From Acidimicrobiia bacterium (lineage in GTDB: Bacteria > Actinomycetota > Acidimicrobiia > Spongiisociales > ZC4RG35): DNA of 64,000 nucleotides. A program made the translations under genes and the position numbers. The notes below the pieces were generated by a model. The model had not been told where the DNA came from. It ran no database searches and was given only the letters and a program-made list of their open reading frames with translations. Positions within the stretch are counted from its first letter, which is position 1. Every line of letters starts with the position of its first letter. Below are positions 29,748-38,922 of the stretch, in pieces. The stretch is from assembly GCA_040510135.1 (NCBI GenBank), contig JBEVJN010000039.1, forward strand, positions 10,315-74,314. Reading direction: 5' to 3'.

Positions 29748-29965
29748 TTGTCCACAGATCCATCCACATCTGTGGAAAGGACTGTGGAACATCCACCGGG
29801 ACAATCCATCAGCTCGTCACCGAGAGCGGTCCAACCCTCCTTGGAGGGCTGAGGAAGTCGATCACGCTCCCAAGGTCAAGGCAGGCGAGTATCGACCCTC
29901 GATCTCGACTCCGTCAAGAACGCGAGAATTGACGGTGTGGAAGAGTCTTGGTCGTTCTATCCACA
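29748..29965. promoter_or_regulatory. DnaA-box cluster upstream of dnaA (autoregulation / second oriC part)
   Basis: TTGTCCACA 29748-56, CCATCCACA 29760-68, TGTGGAAAG 29771-79, TGTGGAACA 29783-91, TGTGGAAGA 29936-44, CTATCCACA 29957-65. Confidence 0.8.
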
Positions 29966-30195
29966 GGGAAATGCCAGGTTAGATATGCTTTTTCCAGTCT
30001 CTTCCACGGGATCGAAGGGGTCAAAACCCCACCAAACGTTGATGGCATTCTTTTCGCGAGCTATCTGCTTTCTTCGCGCTCCAGCCGTTCTGTTGTCAAA
30101 GCCGGGCGCCGTAATCTTCCCGGCCGGACTTTGACATAGTTCGGCGAGGATTCGTAACCTGTCATGACTCACACTTCTACCCCCCTTTTTTTATC

Positions 30196-30330
30196 ATGAA
30201 GAGGACTTATCAACCCAAGGTTCGAAGACGAAAGCGTCGTCACGGCTTCCGTCATCGCATGCAGACTCGGGCCGGGCGCGGCATCGTCAAGTCGCGTCGT
30301 CTCAAGGGCCGGAAGCGTCTCGCTGCCTGA
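30196..30330 (+). CDS. rpmH: 50S ribosomal protein L34
   Basis: Translated by hand (below the ORF-track cutoff): [44 protein letters not shown]. Confidence 0.97.
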   Translation: MKRTYQPKVRRRKRRHGFRHRMQTRAGRGIVKSRRLKGRKRLAA

Positions 30331-30646
30331 CTTCGAATCCCTTCGCTCCCGGAGAGAGTTTCAAAGGGTGTTGAAGGAGGGGACAAAACGCCGCTCCGGG
30401 GGCGTCGTGATGGTGAAATGTTCCGGTCAACCGGGAGTGTCGCGGGTCGGGCTCGTTGTCTCGAGGAGTGCCGGCGACGCGGTCACCCGGAACCGGATCA
30501 AGCGCCGTCTTCGACACTCTCTGCGCGCCGTGAAATTGAAACCAGGAACGGACTACGTGTTCATCGGCACCAGCCAGGTAGCAAACGCCCCGCATCCCCA
30601 GTTGATGGGGTGGCTGCAACGCGCGATCGAGCTCTCTGATGTCTGA
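30323..30646 (+). CDS. rnpA: Ribonuclease P protein component
   Basis: RVGLVVSR and [12 protein letters not shown] motifs; conserved-looking N-terminus [16 protein letters not shown] extends to CTG 30323 (first canonical start is GTG 30368). Confidence 0.88.
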   Translation: MPDFESLRSRREFQRVLKEGTKRRSGGVVMVKCSGQPGVSRVGLVVSRSAGDAVTRNRIKRRLRHSLRAVKLKPGTDYVFIGTSQVANAPHPQLMGWLQRAIELSDV

Positions 30647-30887
30647 CCCCACCCTCCGCCCTCGTTATGTCGTAGTCGGGCTGATCCGGATTTACCAGAA
30701 ATTGGTAAGTCCGAACCTCGGCACCAATTGTCGGTACCAGCCGACCTGCTCTCAGTACACCGCCGAGGCGATCGAGAGGTTCGGGGTGATTCGTGGCTCC
30801 TGGCTCGGGGCGAAGCGAATCGGGCGTTGCCATCCGCTCCGCCCCGGTGGCTACGACCCTGTGCCTGAAACCTGGAGAGCTCACTGA
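30639..30887 (+). CDS. yidD: Membrane protein insertion efficiency factor YidD
   Basis: [22 protein letters not shown]...GGYDPVP. Confidence 0.95.
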   Translation: MSDPTLRPRYVVVGLIRIYQKLVSPNLGTNCRYQPTCSQYTAEAIERFGVIRGSWLGAKRIGRCHPLRPGGYDPVPETWRAH

Positions 30888-31801
30888 TGGGAAACCTGTT
30901 CAATATCCTCATCGAAGGTCTCGGGTCGATCCTGGGCTTTTTCTATGACCTGCTCGACGGTCTGCCCAGCGAAGGGTGGGCCCTCGGTCTCTCCATCATC
31001 CTCCTCACCATCGTCGTCAATCTCCTGGTTTTCCCGCTGACCCTCAAGCAGACCCGGGCCACCAGGGCATTCACCGCGATTCAACCTGAGATAAAGCGGA
31101 TCCAGAAGGAATACAAGGACGATCCCCAGGAGATGCAGAAGCGTCTCATGGAATTGCAGAAGTCGGCGGGTGCTACCCCGGGCGGATGCCTGCTCCCGCT
31201 GCTGGTTCAGATGCCCATCTGGTTCGCCCTATTCCGGCTCCTTCAGAACCCGAGTCAGTACATCGCTGCCGACTCGGCTCTCGGTCTGGCCCTGGCAGAC
31301 GGGACCCCGAAGACCTTCCTGGGCATGGATCTGTTCACCAGCCCGGCCGAGGCGATTGGAGAGGGAGTCCTGGTCGCCCTCCCTTATCTGATCATGATCG
31401 TGTTGATGGTTGCAACCCAGTATGTGCAGCAATGGCATGCGACCTATGGGCAGGAACGACCTGCCGGCCAACCCGGAGCAGGGGCGCAGCAGGCGATAAC
31501 GAAGATCATGCCCCTTTTCATCGGATTCATATCTTGGAACTTCCCTGCCGGGCTGATCATCTACTGGGCCACCGGAAACCTGTTCCGACTCGGTCAGCAG
31601 GCACTGATCTTCAAAATGGACGGACGCCCCACGCCAGTAGCCCGGATCACCGAGGAGCCCAAGGAGCCGAAGGAGCCCAAGGAGCCCAAGGAGCCCAAGG
31701 AGCTCCCTGCCGCCGAAGGTGCTGCGGCGGCCGAGGCGGCCGAGGCGAAGAAGCCCCAACAGGGCGCCGCAGACAAGCGCCGACGGCGCAGGAGGAGGTG
31801 A
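30887..31801 (+). CDS. yidC: Membrane protein insertase YidC
   Basis: SIILLTIVV...PLTLKQ, GCLLPLLVQMPIW and PAGLIIYW motifs. Confidence 0.95.
   Translation: MGNLFNILIEGLGSILGFFYDLLDGLPSEGWALGLSIILLTIVVNLLVFPLTLKQTRATRAFTAIQPEIKRIQKEYKDDPQEMQKRLMELQKSAGATPGGCLLPLLVQMPIWFALFRLLQNPSQYIAADSALGLALADGTPKTFLGMDLFTSPAEAIGEGVLVALPYLIMIVLMVATQYVQQWHATYGQERPAGQPGAGAQQAITKIMPLFIGFISWNFPAGLIIYWATGNLFRLGQQALIFKMDGRPTPVARITEEPKEPKEPKEPKEPKELPAAEGAAAAEAAEAKKPQQGAADKRRRRRRR
31655..31699 (+). repeat. Five 9-bp tandem repeats (EPK) in the yidC tail
   Basis: GAGCCSAAG x5. Confidence 0.9.
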
Positions 31802-31802
31802 C

Positions 31803-32669
31803 GTGAGTTACGTCGAGATCGAGGTCCGCGCCAAGACTGTCGACCTGGCAGTGGAGGCGGCGATGCAAGAGCTCGGTGTCACCGACCGCGATCAGCTTGC
31901 GGTCGAAGTGATTCAGCAGCCAGAGAAGGGCTTTTTGGGCATGGGCGGTCAGGACGCCGTGGTCAGGGTCAAGCGTCGGAAGAGCCGGCGTCGTCGCAAT
32001 GAACGGAAACGGGAGAACAGGGGACAAGGCCAGGATCGTGGTTCCAAGCAAAAAGCACCGGTTTCGGCTAAGAATGGTGGTGGCAACCAGCGAGGTCAGC
32101 AAGGCCAAAGTCAGAGCAAGGGTCGTCATATGAGCCAACAGGGAGAAAATCGGGAGCCCAAAGTCGACGATCGTCCCGACATCTCGATCGAAGAGCAGGC
32201 CCGAATTGCCACCGAATTCCTCGAAGGTTTGGTCGATGCGTATGGCCTCGAAGGCACTGTCACCACCAAGATCGACGACGATGTCATCGTGGCCGACGTC
32301 GACGGGGAGCAGACCGAGGCGCTGGTTGGGGTTCGCGGCTCGGTCCGATCCGCGATCCACGAGTTGACCCGCACCGTGATGCAGCGGTACGGGCATGACA
32401 CCGCCCGTCTTCGGCTGGATATTGCCGGTTACGCCGAGAGACGTCGGCAGGCGCTCACCATCTACGCCGAGCGGCTGATCGACCAACTCATGGTCGAAGG
32501 TGGCGAGGTCATGCTGGAGCCGATGAGCCCCGCTGACCGAAAAGTGATCCACGACGCCGCTGCGGCCCGCGAGGGAGTCAATTCTTACTCCGAGGGGGAA
32601 TCCCCCCGTCGCTATGTCGTGCTCACCGCGACCGCACCCGTGGCCTCTGCCCGGGATGAGGAGGAGTAG
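31803..32669 (+). CDS. jag: Jag/KhpB/EloR RNA-binding protein (Jag-N, KH, R3H)
   Basis: AKTVDLAVE, KGFLGMG, LDIAGYAERR and RKVIH...SEGESPRRYV; GTG start at 31803. Confidence 0.92.
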   Translation: MSYVEIEVRAKTVDLAVEAAMQELGVTDRDQLAVEVIQQPEKGFLGMGGQDAVVRVKRRKSRRRRNERKRENRGQGQDRGSKQKAPVSAKNGGGNQRGQQGQSQSKGRHMSQQGENREPKVDDRPDISIEEQARIATEFLEGLVDAYGLEGTVTTKIDDDVIVADVDGEQTEALVGVRGSVRSAIHELTRTVMQRYGHDTARLRLDIAGYAERRRQALTIYAERLIDQLMVEGGEVMLEPMSPADRKVIHDAAAAREGVNSYSEGESPRRYVVLTATAPVASARDEEE

Positions 32670-32702
32670 TCCGACACCCGGATAATGGGCAGACGCAATG
32701 AG

Positions 32703-32740
32703 CAAATTACCCCGGTCCTCAGGACCGGGGTAATTTGTTT
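32703..32740. terminator. Perfect 17-bp-arm inverted repeat (probable terminator) after jag
   Basis: CAAATTACCCCGGTCCT-C-AGGACCGGGGTAATTTG followed by TTT. Confidence 0.7.
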
Positions 32741-33349
32741 CACGTGGAACAATCCCATCTCCTCTGGGCCCGTTGCACGAAATGGGCCGGTCGGGAGTTG
32801 TCGCCCGGTCAGATCGCTGCGCTGGATCGGTATCGGGAATGGCTTCTCACCGAAGCCGTCGAAGCAGGTGGCATCGGCCCCAACGAGACGGCCCGTGTCG
32901 ACAATCGCCATATCGGCGACTCGCTGCTCTTTGCCGGCGGGTTTCGAGATACTCCCCGTCTCATCCTCGATGTCGGCTCTGGGGTTGGGCTCCCCGGGAT
33001 CCCGCTCAGCATCGTGATGCCGGACACCCGATTCGTCCTGCTCGATCGGTCGGGTAAGCGGGTCGATCTGATGAGACGGGTGACCAGATTGCTGGACCTG
33101 CCCAATGTCGAAGTAGTACATGGTGATATCTCCGACTGGCAGACCCTGGTCGACGGGATCGTGTCCCGGGCAAGTCTCTCTCCGGAGCAGGCTCTGGTCA
33201 GCTTCTCTCGCATTCTGGGGTCCGGTGGAACCGCGGTGGTGGGCGGTTCTTGGGCCGCGCCACCGGTGGTAGTCGGTTTCGATCTTCTCGAGGTACCGGG
33301 CACGGTCCTTGACCAAAAGGTTTGGCTTCTTATCATGCGTCCTCAGTGA
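32735..33349 (+). CDS. rsmG: 16S rRNA m7G527 methyltransferase RsmG (GidB)
   Basis: GGIGPNE, RHIGDS, LDVGSGVGLPG and SRA motifs; located before parA. Confidence 0.9.
   Translation: MFHVEQSHLLWARCTKWAGRELSPGQIAALDRYREWLLTEAVEAGGIGPNETARVDNRHIGDSLLFAGGFRDTPRLILDVGSGVGLPGIPLSIVMPDTRFVLLDRSGKRVDLMRRVTRLLDLPNVEVVHGDISDWQTLVDGIVSRASLSPEQALVSFSRILGSGGTAVVGGSWAAPPVVVGFDLLEVPGTVLDQKVWLLIMRPQ
32736..32751. promoter_or_regulatory. parS: parS centromere-like site
   Basis: TGTTTCACGTGGAACA; 15/16 match to the consensus TGTTTCACGTGAAACA. Confidence 0.9.
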
Positions 33350-34128
33350 GCGAGAAGCGCCCTCTGGTTGTCGCGTTGGCCAATCAAAAAGGTGGGGTCG
33401 GAAAGTCGACTACCGCTATCAATCTGGCTGCTGCTCTCGCGTTTCAAGGCCAACGGACACTTCTCATCGATCTCGACCCACAGGGCAACGCCACCAGTGG
33501 TTTGGGGGTCGACCGCTCGGCAATCAGCACCTCGATCTATGAGGTCCTGCTCAAGGAGGCCGAGGCCGACGACGCGGTGGAGCCCACCTCGGTGCGAGAT
33601 CTGTTCATCATCCCGGCCACGATCGATCTCGCCGGAGCCGAGATCGAGCTGGTGTCACTGTTTTCACGTGAAACACGTCTTCGTTCGGCCATTGCCGATC
33701 TCGATCAAGGATTTGAAGCGATTCTGATCGATTGCCCGCCTTCTCTGGGTTTGCTCACCGTCAATGCTTTCACCGCCGCCGACGAGGTCCTCATCCCGAT
33801 CCAATGCGAGTATTACGCATTGGAAGGTCTCAGTCAGTTGTTGCGCAACGTGCAATTGGTCACGGCAAACCTAAATGCAGACTTGAAGGTTGGAGGCGTC
33901 GTCCTGACGATGTACGACGGTCGAACCAAGTTGTCCAAGGACGTGGCGCAACAGGTTCGCGACCACTTCACCGACACCACCTATCGCACGGTGATTCCCC
34001 GTTCCGTGCGTCTCTCCGAGGCCCCTTCATACGGGGAGCCGATCGAGGCCTTCGATCCGATGAGCCGAGGCGCAATTGCCTATCGACAACTGGGCCGGGA
34101 GTTCATCGAACGCCACGGGCTGAACTAG
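33346..34128 (+). CDS. parA: ParA/Soj ATPase
   Basis: NQKGGVGKST, DLDPQGN, DCPPSLG and QCEYYALEG motifs; GTG 33346 overlaps the rsmG stop. Confidence 0.96.
   Translation: MSEKRPLVVALANQKGGVGKSTTAINLAAALAFQGQRTLLIDLDPQGNATSGLGVDRSAISTSIYEVLLKEAEADDAVEPTSVRDLFIIPATIDLAGAEIELVSLFSRETRLRSAIADLDQGFEAILIDCPPSLGLLTVNAFTAADEVLIPIQCEYYALEGLSQLLRNVQLVTANLNADLKVGGVVLTMYDGRTKLSKDVAQQVRDHFTDTTYRTVIPRSVRLSEAPSYGEPIEAFDPMSRGAIAYRQLGREFIERHGLN
33660..33675. promoter_or_regulatory. parS: parS site inside parA
   Basis: GTTTTCACGTGAAACA; 14/16 match. Confidence 0.75.
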
Positions 34129-34137
34129 GAGGATGAG

Positions 34138-34989
34138 ATGACGGCAAGACGGACGGGCTTGGGCCGGGGTCTCGAGTCGCTGATTCCGATCGACCCGGCC
34201 ACCGAATCCGGGGGGTTTCGACAGGTCCCGGTGGATCAGATCAGGGTCAACCCGGACCAACCCCGATCTCGATTCGATGACGAGTCCCTGGAGGAGATGG
34301 CCAACTCGATGAAGGAGGTGGGGATCCTCCAGCCGATAGTCGTTACTGGAGCCGACGACGGATACGTCTTGATCGCAGGGGAGCGACGCTGGCGCGCTGC
34401 GAAGCGGGCGGGGTTGAGTTTGATCCCGGCGGTGGTTCGTGAGGCGACCGGGCAACCGACCCTCGTCGAGGCTTTGATCGAAAACGTCCAGCGCCAGGAC
34501 CTCACTCCCCTGGAAGAGGCGCACGCCTACCAGCAACTCCTGGAAAATTATGGAATGACGCAGGAACAGGTGGCGGGAAGGGTGGGCAAGTCGAGACCCA
34601 CGATCTCGAACACGCTCCGTCTTCTCCAACTGCCCGCGGAGGTCCAGGCCATGGTCGATGGCGGCGAGCTTTCCGCCGGTCACGCCCGTGCCCTCGTTGG
34701 CATGGAGGATGCCGCTTACGCGACTCACCTGGCCGGGCGTGCCGTCGACGAGGGATGGAGCGTTCGCCAGATGGAAGACGCGGTGCGGATGCGCAAAGGT
34801 CAGCCGCGTAACAGCCCGACCGGTGTCCGCCAGCTTCGGCCGGTGGAGATCATCGAGCTCGAGAAGCGGCTCACCGATCACCTCGGGGCACCGGTCAAGA
34901 TCAGCTATCGCAACGAGAAGGGCAAGGTCGAGATCAAATTCGGCTCACTGGGAGAGCTGGAACGGCTCTACCGGATGTTCAACGGCTAG
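34138..34989 (+). CDS. parB: ParB/Spo0J
   Basis: GLGRGLESLI, NPDQPR, GERRWRA and ENVQRQDL motifs; HTH. Confidence 0.96.
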   Translation: MTARRTGLGRGLESLIPIDPATESGGFRQVPVDQIRVNPDQPRSRFDDESLEEMANSMKEVGILQPIVVTGADDGYVLIAGERRWRAAKRAGLSLIPAVVREATGQPTLVEALIENVQRQDLTPLEEAHAYQQLLENYGMTQEQVAGRVGKSRPTISNTLRLLQLPAEVQAMVDGGELSAGHARALVGMEDAAYATHLAGRAVDEGWSVRQMEDAVRMRKGQPRNSPTGVRQLRPVEIIELEKRLTDHLGAPVKISYRNEKGKVEIKFGSLGELERLYRMFNG

Positions 34990-35959
34990 CGGTCACCTCG
35001 ACGGCGGCGTTGGCGAAGAACCGGGTCAAACCATCGACGACCGCGTACCCGACCTCCTCATCGAGCTTGCCCCGGGAGACGACCACTGCCGGGGCGCGGG
35101 TCTCCTTGAGTAGAGCGCCGGCTCGCCCCTCCACCTTGCCTCCCAGGCTCGAGGCCAGCGAGCGGGCGAGCAGTTCGCCCGCCTCAGACCGGCTGTGTTC
35201 GGAGGCGAAGTAGAAAACCGAGTCATCGCCATCGGGGCTCAGTTGGAAGGCGACGATCAGATCGGCCCCGAATACATTGGCCCGATGGGCCCTGAGCCGC
35301 TCGGGGACCGATCCGTCCTGGGATCGCGACAACACCGGGAGCCCGCCCAGCTCCTGCAGCCCCAGGGCAGCTGCAGACGCAGCCTCCCAGGTGACGGATG
35401 CCTCATGGGTGTCGCGGCATCCTGCGTCGAGATAGACGCGGGCCCCGGCAACGGTTGGCGGAAGGCGGCGGAGCCATTCTCGCTCACGCACCGACTGCCG
35501 GCCCTCCTTCATCTCTCCGCGTGTCACCAGGTGGACCTCTGTAACCACCTCAGGCCCGGCTTTTCCATCTTCTGCCAGGTTTCGATTGTGTTGGAACTCG
35601 ATGACGGCTTCTTCGGTCTTCGGACCGAAGATCCCGTCGACCTTGCCGACATCGAAGCCAAGAGAGCTGAGACGAGACTGGATCTCGGACACGTCCTCAC
35701 CCCGCATCATGGGTCGGCGGAGAAAGAGCATTCGGTCGCCGAGGCGATAGCCGGCCTCGTAGAGCGAGCGCCAGGTGTCGGGGCCGACGATGCCGTCTAC
35801 GTTGAGGCCGCGGGCGCGCTGGAACTCCTGCACCGCCCCGCGGGTCCCCTCACCGAAGGTCGATGCGTTATCCGGACCGATGGCGTAGCCGAGGGCGTCG
35901 AGACGCTCCTGGATGTCCTTGACCGCTGCTCCCTCGTCACCGACGCGATAGAGACGCAT
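34979..35959 (-). CDS. CwlM-like protein: two peptidoglycan-binding domains + degenerate amidase_3 domain
   Basis: Two PG_binding_1 repeats (FQ..RGL.VDGIVG; FQHNRNL.EDGKAG); GYRLGDR; position between trxA and parB. Confidence 0.82.
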   Translation of the reverse strand: MRLYRVGDEGAAVKDIQERLDALGYAIGPDNASTFGEGTRGAVQEFQRARGLNVDGIVGPDTWRSLYEAGYRLGDRMLFLRRPMMRGEDVSEIQSRLSSLGFDVGKVDGIFGPKTEEAVIEFQHNRNLAEDGKAGPEVVTEVHLVTRGEMKEGRQSVREREWLRRLPPTVAGARVYLDAGCRDTHEASVTWEAASAAALGLQELGGLPVLSRSQDGSVPERLRAHRANVFGADLIVAFQLSPDGDDSVFYFASEHSRSEAGELLARSLASSLGGKVEGRAGALLKETRAPAVVVSRGKLDEEVGYAVVDGLTRFFANAAVEVTASR

Positions 35960-36007
35960 GGCGTTTCACGTTATACGTGTGGGTTTCCGCGTTCGTGAAG
36001 GGGCGGA

Positions 36008-36328
36008 TCAGAGAAACTCGGCGAGCTCTTGCAGGAGTCGGTGCTTGGGGGCGGCACCGACGATTCTCTTCTTCTCCACTCCATCCTGGAAGAGGATCAG
36101 AGTGGGAATGCTCATCACGTCGTGCTGGGCCGCCGGCACGGGGTTGTGGTCGACGTTGAGCTTGCCGATGGTGAGGCCGTCGTGCTCCTCGGCAATCTCT
36201 TCGAGCACCGGTGCAATCACCCGGCACGGACCGCACCACTCTGCCCAGAAATCGACGAGGATGGGCTTGTCGGCGCTGATCGCGTCGTTGAAGGTGCCGT
36301 CGTTGAGGGTGACGATGTTCTCGGCCAT
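36008..36328 (-). CDS. trxA: Thioredoxin
   Basis: WCGPC; start MAENIV at 36328 after SD AGGAGA. Confidence 0.97.
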   Translation of the reverse strand: MAENIVTLNDGTFNDAISADKPILVDFWAEWCGPCRVIAPVLEEIAEEHDGLTIGKLNVDHNPVPAAQHDVMSIPTLILFQDGVEKKRIVGAAPKHRLLQELAEFL

Positions 36329-36359
36329 TGCTTTGGTCTCTCCTTGAGGTGTCAGAGTC

Positions 36360-37286
36360 TCATTCCAGGCCGGCCAGCCATCGCTCGGCGTCGATGGCTG
36401 CCATGCACCCGGTCCCTGCTGCAGTGACCGCCTGGCGATAGGTGTGGTCGGCGACGTCTCCGGCGGCAAACACTCCATCCACATCGGTGCGTGTGCTGCC
36501 GTCGGGCGACTTCACGATGTACCCATTCTCGTCCAGATCGAGTTCTTCAGCGAATAACTCCGTATTGGGCTTGTGCCCGATGGCCACGAACACCCCATTG
36601 GCGGGCATCTCCCGCGTCTCGCCCGTGACGGTGTCCTCGAGCGTCACCATCTCGACCGTCGTGTTCCCATGGATCTCGGTCAGCACCGTGTTCCACAACA
36701 CCTCGATCTTCTCGTGATCGAGGACGCGTTGCGCCATGATCTTCGAAGCCCGGAACTCGTCCCGGCGGTGGACGATCGTGACCTTCGAGGCGAACTTGGT
36801 GAGGAACAGAGCCTCCTCCATGGCGGTGTCACCACCTCCGACGACAACCAGCTCTTGGTCCCTGAAGAAGAAACCGTCGCAGGTCGCACATGCCGACACC
36901 CCGCGTCCAGTCAACTCCTCCTCACCGGGGATGCCCAGCCATTTGGCACTGGCGCCGGTGGCGATGACGACGGCGTCGGCGGTGTACTCGTCAGCTCCGA
37001 CATTGACCTGGAGTGGCCGGGAGTCGAAGTCGACCTTGGTGACGTCGACCTGCTGCAAGCGGGCGCCGAATCGCTCCGCCTGCTTCCGGAACTGATCCAT
37101 CAGCTCCGGACCGAGGATGCCGTCGGGAAAGCCGGGGTAGTTCTCGACGTCGGTAGTGATCATCAACTGGCCACCGGCGGCAACCCCCTCGAATACCAGC
37201 GGGTCGAGGTCGGCGCGGGCGGCATAGAGGGCCGCGGTCAAACCGGCCGGCCCGGATCCGACGATGATCAACTTCTCGTGACTCAT
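36360..37286 (-). CDS. trxB: Thioredoxin reductase
   Basis: GSGPAG, CATCDG, GGGDTA and AAGDV motifs. Confidence 0.97.
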   Translation of the reverse strand: MSHEKLIIVGSGPAGLTAALYAARADLDPLVFEGVAAGGQLMITTDVENYPGFPDGILGPELMDQFRKQAERFGARLQQVDVTKVDFDSRPLQVNVGADEYTADAVVIATGASAKWLGIPGEEELTGRGVSACATCDGFFFRDQELVVVGGGDTAMEEALFLTKFASKVTIVHRRDEFRASKIMAQRVLDHEKIEVLWNTVLTEIHGNTTVEMVTLEDTVTGETREMPANGVFVAIGHKPNTELFAEELDLDENGYIVKSPDGSTRTDVDGVFAAGDVADHTYRQAVTAAGTGCMAAIDAERWLAGLE

Positions 37287-37293
37287 TTCCTTA

Positions 37294-37560
37294 TCAGGTC
37301 CTCTTCAACCACAGGTACGTGCCTGCCCCGACGAAAACGAGACCCACAACCGCGAAAGCACCGGCGGTGGTGAGCGGTATCTCGAGGGCTCCGAATATCG
37401 CCAGAAACAGGAACAGCAACGCGGACAACCCAAGGGCGGCCGCCAAGATTCCCAGCCCGGTGAGCCGGATCCCCCTGGCCACGCGGTCGACGGTCAGCGA
37501 ACGGACTTTGATCGTGATCTGCTCGAGGATCTCGGCAAACCTGGCGGCTAGTTCCTCCAT
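37294..37560 (-). CDS. Small two-TM membrane protein
   Basis: Amphipathic N-terminal helix + two hydrophobic segments; co-oriented 7 nt before trxB. Confidence 0.65.
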   Translation of the reverse strand: MEELAARFAEILEQITIKVRSLTVDRVARGIRLTGLGILAAALGLSALLFLFLAIFGALEIPLTTAGAFAVVGLVFVGAGTYLWLKRT

Positions 37561-37596
37561 TGGTGCCGAGATTAGTTACCCCGTGCTCCGTGTCGG

Positions 37597-38355
37597 CTAA
37601 CCGACGTAGACGATCTCACAAGCGGGGAGCACGACGAAGGTGACGACGCGCTCTGCCTCGGGATCTCTTCGCATGACGAGGAGATAGGTCTGATCGAAGT
37701 CGATCTGATCGACGACGACGTGGTCATCCAGGCCGACCCGGGTGAGGCACTGTTCGAAATCGGGTTCGGCGCTCTCGGCGACGACACGATCGTTCTGCCT
37801 CGCCCGGGCCTCATCCGCGAGCTCCTCGAAGGGAAGCGAGAGGCTGTCCTCACCTGCCGTTGCGTCCGTTGTCGCCGTGGCGGCGGCTGTGGTTTCTGTC
37901 GCCATCTCAGGAGCGGACTCACCATCGTCGCTTCCCTGGGCGACGAAGGGGACCTCCTCGGTCGGGGCCTCGTCGAAGGCTTGCGCCCCCGCCGCAGTCG
38001 TGGTTGCGGCGGCTTCCCCCCCGCCACCCAGCACGCCGCTGTTGAGGACGCCGACCAGTCCGACGATGACGAACAAGCCGGCAGCAACGTAGGAGAGGCG
38101 CTGCCACCACGGCGTCGCCGACCGCTTCGCAGCTTGGCTGCGCAGCTCGGTCCACAGGTCGCGATGAAGTGTGGCCTTCTCCAGGTCGGTCATTTCGACA
38201 GCAGGCGCTGTGGCCAGCCAGGCAATGACCTCGGTCTGGGCGAGATACTCGTCTCGGCATTGGTGGCAGGTCTCGATGAGGGAGCGCGCCTCGGCTTCAT
38301 CGCTGAGGGAGCCGTCAGCGAGGGCAGCGATCAGATCGAGGGGATGTTCATGCAT
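37597..38355 (-). CDS. Anti-sigma factor (RsmA-like, zinc-finger-like N-terminus)
   Basis: H..DLIAALADG...CHQC; TM helix; extracytoplasmic domain; follows the ECF sigma gene. Confidence 0.8.
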   Translation of the reverse strand: MHEHPLDLIAALADGSLSDEAEARSLIETCHQCRDEYLAQTEVIAWLATAPAVEMTDLEKATLHRDLWTELRSQAAKRSATPWWQRLSYVAAGLFVIVGLVGVLNSGVLGGGGEAAATTTAAGAQAFDEAPTEEVPFVAQGSDDGESAPEMATETTAAATATTDATAGEDSLSLPFEELADEARARQNDRVVAESAEPDFEQCLTRVGLDDHVVVDQIDFDQTYLLVMRRDPEAERVVTFVVLPACEIVYVG

Positions 38356-38373
38356 TCGAATGTTTGGACGGTC

Positions 38374-38922
38374 TCATTGGTCGTTTTGGTTCCCCAGGTG
38401 CTTGGCGAGGAGACGCCGTCCCCGGAAGACCCGTGACTTCACGGTCCCGACGGGCACACCGAGGACCTCAGCCACCTCGGGGAGGGACATCCCTTCGAGA
38501 TCGGAGAGAACCACCGCATTGCGGAAGTCCCCGGGCAGTTGGGCCAGGGCGGCCTCGATCTCGGGTCGGAGGGCAGCCGATGCCATCTCCTCCTCGGCTG
38601 TGGGGTCTGACGGATCCACATGGTCGGCCAAGGGCTCGGATGGCCTCCGCTGGGCGCGCCGGAGCTGGTCGTAACAGGTGTTCACCGCGATGCGGTAGAT
38701 CCACGTCCCCACCGCCGACCGCCCCTGGAACTGGCCGGCCTTGCGGAACACCGTGAGGAACGTGTCCTGGGTGGCGTCGAGAGCCCCCTCCCGGTCTCCC
38801 AGGATGCGGAGACACACCGAGAACACGCGGTCCTGGTGCTGGCGCATGACTGCGTCGAATGCCTCCCGGTCTCCGGAGACGACCCGAGTCAGCAGCTCGG
38901 CTTCGTTGCCGGGGACCGTCAC
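38374..38922 (-). CDS. sigM: ECF RNA polymerase sigma factor (SigM-like)
   Basis: DATQDTF, WIYRIAVN and GTVKSRVFRGR motifs; synteny with trxB. Confidence 0.85.
   Translation of the reverse strand: MTVPGNEAELLTRVVSGDREAFDAVMRQHQDRVFSVCLRILGDREGALDATQDTFLTVFRKAGQFQGRSAVGTWIYRIAVNTCYDQLRRAQRRPSEPLADHVDPSDPTAEEEMASAALRPEIEAALAQLPGDFRNAVVLSDLEGMSLPEVAEVLGVPVGTVKSRVFRGRRLLAKHLGNQNDQ

Noticed and set aside
30171-30195. C6T7 homopolymer leader before rpmH as a phase-variation tract
   Set aside because: The runs are short, non-coding and upstream of a core ribosomal gene; nothing indicates slippage.
31655-31699. EPK x5 repeat in YidC as a functional novelty
   Set aside because: In-frame low-complexity expansion in a variable charged tail; at most a VNTR marker.
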